In this document: piece after piece, positions 16,519 through 25,958 of the stretch
How positions within the stretch are numbered: position 1 is the first letter of the stretch
How the letters are laid out: every line of letters begins with the position of its first letter
Source: a virus
Taxonomy: Duplodnaviria > Caudoviricetes
DNA: 63,077 nucleotides
Virus record (IMG/VR): IMGVR_UViG_3300020045_000872
Location: 1-63,077 of that record
Strand: one strand, 5' to 3'
The notes under the pieces: model-generated
What the model saw: only the letters and a program-made list of their open reading frames with translations
Told to the model about the DNA's origin: nothing
Database searches by the model: none
Position numbers and translations under genes: made by a program

Positions 16519-16560
16519 CTTTGTTTCTCCATTAAAATGGGGCCGAAACCCCTATTGCCG

Positions 16561-18291
16561 TTATTGGCACATTTCACAATACTCGATACGAGTAATTTCA
16601 CCCGCGCCCCTCATACTATACACATAGTACAAAGATAGAATCTCTGGGTCAATGAAAGCAAGCCAGTGAATCTTAGCAATATACTCTGGTGAGTCATTCG
16701 AGGTAAAGTATAGATTAATACTTTGACCTTGGTCAATATAACGCTGCCGTTGTGAACAAAGTCTTAGATGGTCTTCCATTGGAATTTCAAATGCTGTACG
16801 GAATACAGCCTTCTCTTCCTCAGTCAACCACGTAACGTGCTGAACACTACCTTTCCGCTCGTTCATATCCTTGACACATTGTTCAACCTTTAAGCCTTTT
16901 TCCTTAATAAGCTCAAGCAATATTTTGTTGATGCGGAAGAACTCACCACCAGCTGACTGCTTAGTGAAGCACATTGCCACATCCAGGCCAACACCCTCAG
17001 AAGCTCCTGCCATCAGTTCAGCCGTACTCTTTGTGGGTGGCATCATAAGCATTGTAGCGTTACGCTGTCCAAGTCCTACACAGCCCTCTGGCTCTCCCAA
17101 CACACCAGCTAACCAACTGTTAGCCTTGTCTGCATCATTACGAATGCCCTTGAAGATTTTAGTGTTCAGCATCATAGCATCCATGCTGGATACACTAATC
17201 ATTTCCTTCTGGAATAGAGTGTGTAAACCCAACACGCCACTTCCAAGTGCACGGAACTCTTTAGTGAACTTGTAAATCTTACGCATTGCGTGTCTATCAA
17301 ACTCTGTCATTTCGTCCATACATTCGAGGTATTCAGAGATATTGCAGTCACTCATAACTTGCCCAACAAATACTAAGTGTTCTGGCCAGCTACGATACAG
17401 TTCCAAGTTATAATTTAGAATAACACAACTGAATGTATATTCGTCATTACTTGGTAAGTTTGTTTCTTGACACAAGTTGCTCGCTCTGGCACGCAGCCCA
17501 GCACGTTTAAATGCCTTGGCAAGTTTACGGTTCATCTTATCAATGAACGAGAAATACCCCTTACCACGTGGAAGCTTAACACCAAGCATCTTAGCAAACT
17601 TGCGAAGAGCTTCACCATCCTGGCCACGCATAAGCTCAATGAAGTCATCATCAATCAGCCAACCAACATTATTACTTTCAGTGCGTTCATAGAGATAATC
17701 GCACACTTTGTCGAAGTCACCATGCTGTGGTCTAACACTATAAGCACAGCTACCTCGGCGTGGACCTTGAGCAACTTCTTCCATTACAAAGATGATATCG
17801 CGGATAAGTGGCAGGAGTCCTTGTGAGCGACCACCACGAATCTTGTCACCTTCGGCTGGCCAATCGTCCAGGCAGTAGCTTGTACCATGGCTGTGCTTAG
17901 TCAACACGGCAGCCTCAGTCAAGAAGTCATAACGTGTGAATAGGTTGTTACTCACATTACCACCAGCACAGCTCACAGTGGTGCCACGATGCCGCAGGCC
18001 ACCATTTGCCAGCATTGGTGTAGAAGGGCTTACGTAGCCATCCCACATGATCTTAAAGAATGCCCCTTCCCAAGTGAGGCCAGCCCAGTATGGGTCAACA
18101 TTCCACCACTCAGGGTAAGACTCTGGAGCATGTTGGGCCATTGCTCGGGCAACAGCTAAAAATCTGCTTCTAACTGTTTCATTGTTGTAAGAGTATTTAT
18201 CGTAGAACAGTTGAATACCTCCGGTAGTGTACCACGGTGGGCACACTCCATCAATAATCTGCTGTTTCCGTAGGTTGCTGTAGTCGATCAC
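16561..18291 (-). CDS. nrdA: class I ribonucleotide reductase alpha subunit (short, no evident ATP cone)
   Basis: SPSTP, VSC, SNLCQE, PTKST, DQGQS, LYY, C-terminal CEMC. Confidence 0.95.
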   Translation of the reverse strand: MIDYSNLRKQQIIDGVCPPWYTTGGIQLFYDKYSYNNETVRSRFLAVARAMAQHAPESYPEWWNVDPYWAGLTWEGAFFKIMWDGYVSPSTPMLANGGLRHRGTTVSCAGGNVSNNLFTRYDFLTEAAVLTKHSHGTSYCLDDWPAEGDKIRGGRSQGLLPLIRDIIFVMEEVAQGPRRGSCAYSVRPQHGDFDKVCDYLYERTESNNVGWLIDDDFIELMRGQDGEALRKFAKMLGVKLPRGKGYFSFIDKMNRKLAKAFKRAGLRARASNLCQETNLPSNDEYTFSCVILNYNLELYRSWPEHLVFVGQVMSDCNISEYLECMDEMTEFDRHAMRKIYKFTKEFRALGSGVLGLHTLFQKEMISVSSMDAMMLNTKIFKGIRNDADKANSWLAGVLGEPEGCVGLGQRNATMLMMPPTKSTAELMAGASEGVGLDVAMCFTKQSAGGEFFRINKILLELIKEKGLKVEQCVKDMNERKGSVQHVTWLTEEEKAVFRTAFEIPMEDHLRLCSQRQRYIDQGQSINLYFTSNDSPEYIAKIHWLAFIDPEILSLYYVYSMRGAGEITRIEYCEMCQ

Positions 18292-19346
18292 TGTTGTTCC
18301 TCTAGTTGTTGTATAATTCCACGAATAAAACCATGCTCATCCCAACCAGACTCATATTCCATACCCATACCAGGGGTGAAGAAGTCCACCATTTTGTAAG
18401 AGTCTGTGCCAAGTTCAAACCACTTTGTAATTGGGGATTCAGCACCAGGGAATGGCAGGTCAAGTCCAAGTCTTTCTGCAAACACGTTTAAACGCACCTT
18501 AACGTAGTTTTTAAAATCATCCTTGGTCATACCATTCAGAGTATCTTCGAGGAATGCAAGATCAATGATCAGACATTCATGCTCGTAGGCATACTGGATA
18601 GCTTTATAAATCTGCTCTACACGATTAGTGTCCTCACGAAGGGGGCGGCCCAATTCTTTATAGTGTTGGTTGACAGCCCAAGCAGCGGCAAAGCCATGAA
18701 GGTCTTCGTCAATAGCACTCTGATTTGTACCACGAACAGTTACAGCAATCTTGTTGTATCCATTTGTCTGGAAGCTTTTCAGAATTGCAAAGCTAGCGAA
18801 CAGGAGTGCAGTCTCAGTCATAGAGAATACAATCACAGAGAGAAGTTTATCCTCCCCACTCAATACTTTCTCTAACCACTCTACGCGAGCAGCAAGCTCA
18901 GGATTGGCAGCATAAGCACGATAGTGTTCATCTTTGTCAAGTCCTAGTTGTACGTTTAATTGGTTATAGAACCGAGCGTGCACCTGCAATTCAAATGCAG
19001 CAAATGCAGCTGCCATAGCTTTTGCTTCTGGAGTTGGGAACACTCGAATAAACAAGCCATTCCAAAACTCTTCACCAACAATTAGTTCATACTTTAGAAA
19101 TAGTTGGAGTACAAATTTAACAGCGTGTAATTGTGACTCAGAAAGTTCAAACAGTAATTGCATACGGTCTAACTCGACCTTCATTTCTGTATTTGTCCAG
19201 AACTGTTTGTCAAACTGTTGGTCTGCAAAGTCTAGAAACTTTGGATAGATGGTTGCATAGCTATCTGTCTCGGTCATGATCCGAGTCTTAGCATTAAAAT
19301 CGAACGGCAACCCCATTGTTACCGCTTCTACATTCAATTCAGACAT
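18288..19346 (-). CDS. nrdB: ribonucleotide reductase beta subunit
   Basis: FW..E, ELQVHARFY, DEDLH, DFF, C-terminal Tyr. Confidence 0.92.
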   Translation of the reverse strand: MSELNVEAVTMGLPFDFNAKTRIMTETDSYATIYPKFLDFADQQFDKQFWTNTEMKVELDRMQLLFELSESQLHAVKFVLQLFLKYELIVGEEFWNGLFIRVFPTPEAKAMAAAFAAFELQVHARFYNQLNVQLGLDKDEHYRAYAANPELAARVEWLEKVLSGEDKLLSVIVFSMTETALLFASFAILKSFQTNGYNKIAVTVRGTNQSAIDEDLHGFAAAWAVNQHYKELGRPLREDTNRVEQIYKAIQYAYEHECLIIDLAFLEDTLNGMTKDDFKNYVKVRLNVFAERLGLDLPFPGAESPITKWFELGTDSYKMVDFFTPGMGMEYESGWDEHGFIRGIIQQLEEQQ

Positions 19347-19348
19347 AC

Positions 19349-19729
19349 TTATTCCTGTGGTTCAGATGGTGTTGGTGATAGTGTACCTGCGTAGGACATT
19401 TCACGCAAGTGACGACGCAAGCTACCATCTTTGGTTGATTCGATCTGAGCTTCCAAACTAGCACAGCCCGTAGCGAGCCAGGAGGCGTCTAGGCGCTCGA
19501 ATCCTTCAACACGGATGCCATAGTATTCAATCTTGTTAATCGTCCTATGGTTGCACGCTACAAGCTCATAGCCCAGCTTAACATCCATCCCGTTTGTGTA
19601 GAGAATAGCTTCGAAGATTTTTGAATTACCAATCTCAACTGCTTCTTGAAAGCCATCCACCATATTTAAATCATAAAAACTTAGTGCGTAATCGGCCATA
19701 TTATTTACCCTTATATTCTGTGCAGACAT
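19349..19729 (-). CDS. hypothetical protein
   Basis: Between thyX and nrdB; start may be the internal MADY. Confidence 0.7.
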   Translation of the reverse strand: MSAQNIRVNNMADYALSFYDLNMVDGFQEAVEIGNSKIFEAILYTNGMDVKLGYELVACNHRTINKIEYYGIRVEGFERLDASWLATGCASLEAQIESTKDGSLRRHLREMSYAGTLSPTPSEPQE

Positions 19730-20654
19730 TGTCTGGAATTAGTTGTCGATGTTGAATCCAGCCCTTGAAGTTGCCACTCCACAGGTTACCCTTACGATCT
19801 GTGTGTGTGATGCCATCTTGCCACGACAATGGGAAAGCTGGTTTGTTCACAAGTATCACGCCCCATTCGTCTTCGGCCTCAGCTATAGGCTTGGCTTGGT
19901 GCTCAGTAGGGCTGGCATGACAAGGCTTACTTTCAATCAGCTTGACAAAGATATCTTTAGCTTTATCCAGGCTATCATCCAGTTTACGGTAGGACACCTG
20001 AGCGCAGCAACTTGAGCTGATTGACAGGGCATCACCAAGTGGAACACCACAACCTTCCAGCCAGTATCCATCGCCAAAGTATGGCATGTGCCAGTCATCT
20101 GGAGTTAATACAACAGGCTCACTACTCTGTTTAGCTTCCCACATAACACTAGCCAGAACATGGATAGTCGGGTCAGCATCATCATGGTCACGCAGCCAGA
20201 ACCAATTGTCATCCTCAGTTGCAGTCATTACAGTTTTCATCCACTGGAATGGCTCAATCAAACGGTTAGCAACTTGTTTGTGGTATCCTGCGTTAGAGAA
20301 TGCTTCTGCCCATGTAGCAGCAGAATCAGCAGCCTCTGTCCAAGCTTCTTGTGGCGTAAACTCACCAGTTCCGCATTCATAATCAAATAACACTTTGTCA
20401 GTGTGATCAACACCCTTATCCTGCATGCCAGCTTGGTTAGCTCCAAAGCGTACAGGCATAGCAGGCGTCAGCCTAACCATTTCCAGCATCTTGGCAACGG
20501 GGATAGCGCGGGAGCTTGCAGCATTACGGCTGAAAACCCTGTGCGTCATAAATTCACTGTGGATAAATCGAGGGTAAGTTAACTCCCACGTAATAATCTC
20601 TTTACCTGTCACACTACTTCTACTATGTGCAATAATTTTAGCTTCAATCTTCAA
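19701..20654 (-). CDS. thyX: flavin-dependent thymidylate synthase
   Basis: EFMTHRVFSRNAASSRA, a THR variant of the RHRx7S motif. Confidence 0.85.
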   Translation of the reverse strand: MKIEAKIIAHSRSSVTGKEIITWELTYPRFIHSEFMTHRVFSRNAASSRAIPVAKMLEMVRLTPAMPVRFGANQAGMQDKGVDHTDKVLFDYECGTGEFTPQEAWTEAADSAATWAEAFSNAGYHKQVANRLIEPFQWMKTVMTATEDDNWFWLRDHDDADPTIHVLASVMWEAKQSSEPVVLTPDDWHMPYFGDGYWLEGCGVPLGDALSISSSCCAQVSYRKLDDSLDKAKDIFVKLIESKPCHASPTEHQAKPIAEAEDEWGVILVNKPAFPLSWQDGITHTDRKGNLWSGNFKGWIQHRQLIPDNVCTEYKGK

Positions 20655-20677
20655 TATATTTTCTCCTTAAATGAAGA

Positions 20678-20751
20678 AGGGAAGCCTTTTAAGGGGCTTC
20701 CCTTTTGGTTTGTTAGGACGATATTATCTCACCGTCCATGGCAAGTGTCAA
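20678..20751 (-). promoter_or_regulatory. promoter TTGACA-17-GATAAT (20723-20751) followed by a strong hairpin (20678-20706)
   Basis: Motifs read directly. Confidence 0.5.
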
Positions 20752-21326
20752 GCAAAATCTCCACGTAGCATCAGCTCAAGTTGAGCCAACACACCAAAGG
20801 CTTCATGGGCCTTGTGTAGAAGAGCAGACTCATTATCTACACAACTGCCGATAGCCAGTTTACCTACAACACGCTGAGTGATATGGTCAGTGCGGTGACG
20901 ACTTGCAGCAGCAGCCAACGCAATCTCAGCGTTTGGGAGATTTTGCCAATCGTGGTCCTTATACCCCTTTGCGGTTTGTGCCCAGGTCATCACCTTAGCA
21001 ACTTCACGTAGGGCAAGTGGGAAACCGTCGTCAACCAACTCTACACGAACTTTACCGACTTTGCGAGTCTCAAGTTCAGGACGGAACACGCCGAGTTCTG
21101 CTTCCTTAGCATCATCAACTACTACGTCATCCTCACTTAGATAGAACCAATCACCTAGTGATTCCACTTGGAATGCCACACTATCTAGGTCGTCATGTTC
21201 TTTGTATACTCGGAAGCAAATATCGCCCTCACTAGCCCCTACGAACGCGTTGGCCCCTTCGTGGGTGAGGAAGGCAATAGCCCCCTCTGGCAGTTCACGC
21301 ATTTCTTTATTCGTCAATACTCTCAT
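20748..21326 (-). CDS. dATP/dGTP diphosphohydrolase-domain (DUF5664-like) protein
   Basis: C-terminal K.RVELV...ALREVAKVMTW...KGY...W...AA.RH. Confidence 0.6.
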   Translation of the reverse strand: MRVLTNKEMRELPEGAIAFLTHEGANAFVGASEGDICFRVYKEHDDLDSVAFQVESLGDWFYLSEDDVVVDDAKEAELGVFRPELETRKVGKVRVELVDDGFPLALREVAKVMTWAQTAKGYKDHDWQNLPNAEIALAAAASRHRTDHITQRVVGKLAIGSCVDNESALLHKAHEAFGVLAQLELMLRGDFA

Positions 21327-21525
21327 TCTTAGTCTCCTTCTCAACTACTGCAAACAATGGGGAATCTAGGCCAAGCGCATCTTCGAGGATAGCCTTGGCA
21401 GTTGTAATCTTGACCAGAAGAATCATCAACTGCTCTTCTGTCTCGCCATGCTTATCCAATAGCTCCTGCAAAAACTCATGCAGGTCTGTAGGATCAAGTA
21501 GGTCCATAGCATTCACTTGACTCAT
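21307..21525 (-). CDS. hypothetical protein
   Basis: 72 aa. Confidence 0.7.
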   Translation of the reverse strand: MSQVNAMDLLDPTDLHEFLQELLDKHGETEEQLMILLVKITTAKAILEDALGLDSPLFAVVEKETKNESIDE

Positions 21526-21698
21526 TCTTCAATAGCCTCTTCAAACGCATCAGCCAGATCACGCAGTACACTTGGCATAGCTGCGAATACAACTGGATCA
21601 GCATCATCTGCAAACTCATTGTAAAGCAGCATACAAACTTCACCCAGCAGTTTGGTGTGGATAACTTCAATCTGTTCTTTTGTTACTTTCACAGTCAT
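21522..21698 (-). CDS. 58-aa hypothetical protein (MTVKVTKEQIEV...)
   Basis: AAGGAG RBS; promoter TTGACA-17-CATACT at 21728-21756; not in the ORF track. Confidence 0.65.
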   Translation of the reverse strand: MTVKVTKEQIEVIHTKLLGEVCMLLYNEFADDADPVVFAAMPSVLRDLADAFEEAIEE

Positions 21699-21759
21699 AT
21701 CTCCTTAATGTTGTTGGATAAGGCAGGAGTATGACCTCTCTGCCCTTTCCTGTCAAGTT

Positions 21760-22533
21760 TTATTTATAACGCTTGGTCAGATAGTCCAAGGACACTGGCA
21801 TTGGCAAGCCAAACCCATCCTCAACTTCGTTGAGAACCATGACACCCCTAAAGTGCTGGTTCCCCTGGTGACCCTTGTAATCCTCGTCATGCGGATAACA
21901 TGCACCGTTGATAATACCAATACGATACTTGCCGTCTAGTTGGTTATCAGCAATCGCAATATCCAGCACTTGCTTGTGGCCTACAACGAATGAAGCGCCA
22001 ACAGCCTTAAGTTGGCCAGCAGCTGTGCCAGCACGCGGACGACCATTCATTGGGTTCATCAGGTAGTGTACATAGTAGATACCATCCACTTGGATAGGCT
22101 TCAAGAATTCCCCAACTTCCCATCCAAACTGCTCTAGATCAAGTGTAGCTGTACCAACAAAACCGTCAAGCTCTGGATTGTCGTTGGCCATCCGATCAAA
22201 GCGAGCTTCGTGGTTGCCTGGACAGAATACCATTCGAGGGTTGTAAACCTTCTTCTTATTTGCACGTTGCTGCTCCTGTAGCTTCTTAATTGGGTCACAT
22301 AGCAGCCTCATTCCTTCCATACCAGCTTCGATATCAGCTACAAGGCGACGACCTTCCATACTCTTCTTACCCTTGTCGTAGGACGACAGCGACTCAAAGT
22401 CAAAGTGGTCACCAATGTGTATAATCACGTCTGGCTTCTTATCAGCAATGTACTGACCAATATAGCTCATGTAACTTAGGTCAACGCCAGGGCGAGCCTG
22501 GGTGTCTGCTATGATGAGGTGTTTTCTACTCAT
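21760..22533 (-). CDS. calcineurin-like metallophosphoesterase
   Basis: IAD, IGD.FD, GNHE, GH motifs. Confidence 0.85.
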   Translation of the reverse strand: MSRKHLIIADTQARPGVDLSYMSYIGQYIADKKPDVIIHIGDHFDFESLSSYDKGKKSMEGRRLVADIEAGMEGMRLLCDPIKKLQEQQRANKKKVYNPRMVFCPGNHEARFDRMANDNPELDGFVGTATLDLEQFGWEVGEFLKPIQVDGIYYVHYLMNPMNGRPRAGTAAGQLKAVGASFVVGHKQVLDIAIADNQLDGKYRIGIINGACYPHDEDYKGHQGNQHFRGVMVLNEVEDGFGLPMPVSLDYLTKRYK

Positions 22534-22871
22534 ACATTCTCCTTTAGAAATTTCTCGATCAAACCTACCAAGTGTGAGTCTGCGTTGAGGGTATCAAGAA
22601 TATCGTGAGCCTCACCTAGTAGCTTGGTGGCCTCTTTCATCTCGTCTGTATCTTGGTACTTAATCTCGATAATCTCCAACTTGTCTTGTTCATCGAAGCG
22701 ACAACCTTTTGGGATACCGTGATACACGTAAGTGCCAACACCAGTTCCCCAACGGCAAAGGCCCGAAGTCGTAAACGCTGCTTTAGCATGGCCAGCTGTA
22801 GCCCACACTTTCTTGCCGCTGTTGACGGATACAATCTCTTTAGTTTCTTTATTTCTAATTTGAAATGGCAT
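22530..22871 (-). CDS. hypothetical protein
   Basis: 113 aa. Confidence 0.7.
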   Translation of the reverse strand: MPFQIRNKETKEIVSVNSGKKVWATAGHAKAAFTTSGLCRWGTGVGTYVYHGIPKGCRFDEQDKLEIIEIKYQDTDEMKEATKLLGEAHDILDTLNADSHLVGLIEKFLKENV

Positions 22872-23427
22872 TACTGGCCTCCTGTTGTAATAATCTCAAT
22901 ACTTGCATCTTGCGTTCTGCAACTTTAGCCTTTGGTGTTGCACCTCTAGCTGCGATCCAAGCTTTAACATCAGCAGCACTACCCTTACAGATTGCAATAA
23001 CCTGCTTAGCGATTGCAGCTTCTTTGAGCGATAGCCCAGTTCTTTCAGAGTGCGTTTTGATTTTATGGCAGGGTTTGCAAAGTAGTGCTAAGTCTTCCTG
23101 AGTCACAAAGACAATGCCCTCTACAAACTTCTGAATATCCTCAACCTTCCTCAAAGAGTGTTCACCAGTTTTATGGTCAACTTCCATATCTTTCAATTGG
23201 AACTCTTCGTTACAGTTTTCACACACTCCACCCCAGATAGTTGGGTGAGCTTTCTGGCTGCGCTTATTGGTATTCTTTATCTGCTTCCTTACCCTTTTGA
23301 TGAACTCAAGCTTGACAGGACTCTTAGCCCAGAGGTAGCGGCGAATGCCACCCCTGATATAGCTAAGAAACGCTGCCTCACTCTTCCAAATCTCTGGGTA
23401 GATTTCCCAAAGTTTCTTACTGTTCAT
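22855..23427 (-). CDS. HNH endonuclease
   Basis: CENC...EVDH...LCKPCH. Confidence 0.85.
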   Translation of the reverse strand: MNSKKLWEIYPEIWKSEAAFLSYIRGGIRRYLWAKSPVKLEFIKRVRKQIKNTNKRSQKAHPTIWGGVCENCNEEFQLKDMEVDHKTGEHSLRKVEDIQKFVEGIVFVTQEDLALLCKPCHKIKTHSERTGLSLKEAAIAKQVIAICKGSAADVKAWIAARGATPKAKVAERKMQVLRLLQQEASNAISN

Positions 23428-23629
23428 CAAGTAAACTCCACTCACAACATGCCTTGTGGAAGTCTACAATCATGCTCACCTTCATCCTATCGCCTACGTT
23501 AGCTGTAGGCTCCTTTCCAAGCTGTACAAACGCCCAGTTAATGTACTGGTAAGGCATTTGCCAGAGGTTATATTCCCCAGCCACCACCTCAGCTATCACC
23601 TCTTCTGGAGGTTGGACATAATTTAGCAT
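23417..23629 (-). CDS. hypothetical protein
   Basis: 70 aa. Confidence 0.65.
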   Translation of the reverse strand: MLNYVQPPEEVIAEVVAGEYNLWQMPYQYINWAFVQLGKEPTANVGDRMKVSMIVDFHKACCEWSLLDEQ

Positions 23630-24657
23630 ACGACACCCAGCTTATCCATCAGCTCAGCTACCAGAATGCGGTCACCTTCCCAGCGTTGCATGTGAGCACA
23701 GTCAAAGTAGAGCTGCATAATCTCAGCTGCATCTTTGGTCTGCAATAGTCCAGTGTGGTCCATGTAGACAACAGGCTCAGGATACCATAGTCGGTACTGA
23801 TTGTACAGGGCTTGTAACGCTTCTCTGTCGTTCTGAGTATCCTTCAAGATATTGAATGCTGCCACTTCCCCAAACGTCACAGTTTTTCCAGCCTTATCAT
23901 TGGCAATTTTCCAAAGGTCACACCCGTGGTAGTTGTCAACTGAGTCACCATAAAGCGCCTGGAAGTATAACCACTTACGGCCAGTACCTTTGATACCCTT
24001 ACCTTCCTTGTGAAGTTCGCCAAACCCATGAATGTACACTGGCTTAGTCATCTTCTGGGGATTGAAGAGCCAACCAGAGCTTTGTAGAGCATCTTTGTCC
24101 TCAGTTACTGCAATGATACGCTGTCCATTCAAATGCCCGTCATACGAGCGCGTTGACTGCTTATCGTCCACTTCTCTATCATTGATTACGATAGCACCAA
24201 GTTCATTGATAAGGTAGCTTCTCAGCTCTTTCAGTTGGAGAGGTCGGATTGTGTCGTCGCGGTTCTCTTTGTACTTACCACCAATCTTTGACTTACCGGC
24301 CCAAGGCCCAACTGTCGCAATGTGTGTCATAGGGAGTGGAATTGAGTCACGGAAATTGCCAGTACCACCAATATAAATCTCGTTGGTCTTGATACCGAGT
24401 CTTGTGCAGTGGCCTTTCATCATTTCCCGTACAAGGCTTTTGCCATAGCTTGAGTGACGAGCTTCTTGCACGTCTGTGATGGTGTACATATCCTCAGTGT
24501 GGTCTGTGTCTTTAAGGAATGCACGGAAAGCTGTGCGGCTATCCCAGTGCTCAGTAACACCCTTCTCGATATGACGTGTTGAAATTGATCTTTCTTCGTT
24601 TGCTGCTGCTGCTTTGTATGCAATGCTGTCAGCGTCGAAGGTTAAAATATCTGTCAT
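23623..24657 (-). CDS. 5'-3' exonuclease (T7 gp6/FEN-like)
   Basis: DADS.AY, NFR, YKENR, EVDD, DKD, GD.VDN. Confidence 0.85.
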   Translation of the reverse strand: MTDILTFDADSIAYKAAAANEERSISTRHIEKGVTEHWDSRTAFRAFLKDTDHTEDMYTITDVQEARHSSYGKSLVREMMKGHCTRLGIKTNEIYIGGTGNFRDSIPLPMTHIATVGPWAGKSKIGGKYKENRDDTIRPLQLKELRSYLINELGAIVINDREVDDKQSTRSYDGHLNGQRIIAVTEDKDALQSSGWLFNPQKMTKPVYIHGFGELHKEGKGIKGTGRKWLYFQALYGDSVDNYHGCDLWKIANDKAGKTVTFGEVAAFNILKDTQNDREALQALYNQYRLWYPEPVVYMDHTGLLQTKDAAEIMQLYFDCAHMQRWEGDRILVAELMDKLGVVC

Positions 24658-24702
24658 TTATAAACCTCCAGAATGAACAAAGGGGCTTAACGCCCCTTGT
24701 CT

Positions 24703-24987
24703 TTACTCGTTGTAAGAAGTTAGAGTTTCAAACTTCTCTTTTACTGCTGCTGCATTACCAGTAAACTCTTCAAACTTGGCAGTTGCTTCCAGCTTAGCGG
24801 CTGCATTCACAAGTTTAATATCATCAAGAGCAATACCCTTCGGGTTATTTTTCTTGTGGAATTTATTGTCTGCCTTGAGTTGCTTGATATCTTGAGCCAG
24901 AGTGAGCTGTTGGCCCATCAGGTCAGTCAATCGGTCAAACAGCTCTTGTTCAGTCAGGTTGATGCGTTCTTCGGCTTGTTCAGTCAT
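24703..24987 (-). CDS. small helical protein, possibly DNA-binding
   Basis: 94 aa, AGGAG RBS, terminator downstream. Confidence 0.7.
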   Translation of the reverse strand: MTEQAEERINLTEQELFDRLTDLMGQQLTLAQDIKQLKADNKFHKKNNPKGIALDDIKLVNAAAKLEATAKFEEFTGNAAAVKEKFETLTSYNE

Positions 24988-25002
24988 TTAATTTCTCCTT
25001 GA

Positions 25003-25557
25003 TTATTGATTACGGTAGCTGGTCACAGCAGCACTAGCATTCATATACATCATCTGCGTACCTTGAGCGTCAGCTACAAAGCCACGGGTCATGCCACCAG
25101 AGATACCCATTGAAGCACCAACGACTTTCTCGTCAATGTTGGCAGCCAGGAATACCACTTGCCACCCACGGGCCTCAGCGGCTTGCACCTTCTCCTTTAG
25201 AACACTATGAGAATACTCATGGCTGGAGTTTTCAGCACCATCAGTGATCACACATAGAATGGCTTTCTCTGGAGAAGCTTCTTCCAGCTTGGAAAGTGAA
25301 CGGCCAACAGCGTCATAAAGAGCTGTCATACCACGCGGGGTAAACTCCTTACTGGTGAGTGGTGCCACCTTGTTAATATCCACTTCTTCGAAGACAATCT
25401 CGTAACGGTCATCAAAGATAGCCAGGGTTACATTAGCCTCACCATCAACCTCTTGTTGACCTTGAATGAAGGTGTTGAAACCTCCGATTGCATCTTGTGC
25501 GATGCTGGACATACTGCCCGAACGATCCAATACAACAAAAATACTTACTGCACTCAT
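25003..25557 (-). CDS. von Willebrand A (MIDAS) domain protein
   Basis: LDRSGSM, T.LYDA, ITDG.EN. Confidence 0.9.
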   Translation of the reverse strand: MSAVSIFVVLDRSGSMSSIAQDAIGGFNTFIQGQQEVDGEANVTLAIFDDRYEIVFEEVDINKVAPLTSKEFTPRGMTALYDAVGRSLSKLEEASPEKAILCVITDGAENSSHEYSHSVLKEKVQAAEARGWQVVFLAANIDEKVVGASMGISGGMTRGFVADAQGTQMMYMNASAAVTSYRNQ

Positions 25558-25678
25558 AATTAGTCTCCAATCAAGCCAAGGAATGCCCACAAGAAGTACC
25601 AACCAACGGCGATATCAACTCCTGGGACTACAACATCAATAACAACACAGGCCCAGAATATGAACCAGAATATGTTCA

Positions 25679-25900
25679 TTACTTCAACCATCCCAGGTTA
25701 ATAGCCTTTTCAAGTGCTTTGACCAAATTACGTGCATGCTCAGCGTCACTCACATATACAAACTCAGCGCCGTCCTTGATCTTAACTCGGTAGTTGGCAC
25801 GCTCGATAATATGTGCCTGGAGCGTGCCTTCGTCTGAACGATCCGCAAATTGAATAGAAGTTACTAAATCTGACTGTGGGTTTCTTACGTCGAAAATCAT
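25679..25900 (-). CDS. hypothetical protein
   Basis: 73 aa, AGGAG RBS. Confidence 0.7.
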   Translation of the reverse strand: MIFDVRNPQSDLVTSIQFADRSDEGTLQAHIIERANYRVKIKDGAEFVYVSDAEHARNLVKALEKAINLGWLK

Positions 25901-25958
25901 ACTTATCTCCTTTAGATTAGTGTGGGTGCACTATACAAGCTGCACCCTTATATCAGCC

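Noticed and set aside
19701-20654. THR instead of RHR in ThyX as a sign of inactivation
   Set aside because: The rest of the motif and the ORF are intact; this is more likely a family variant.
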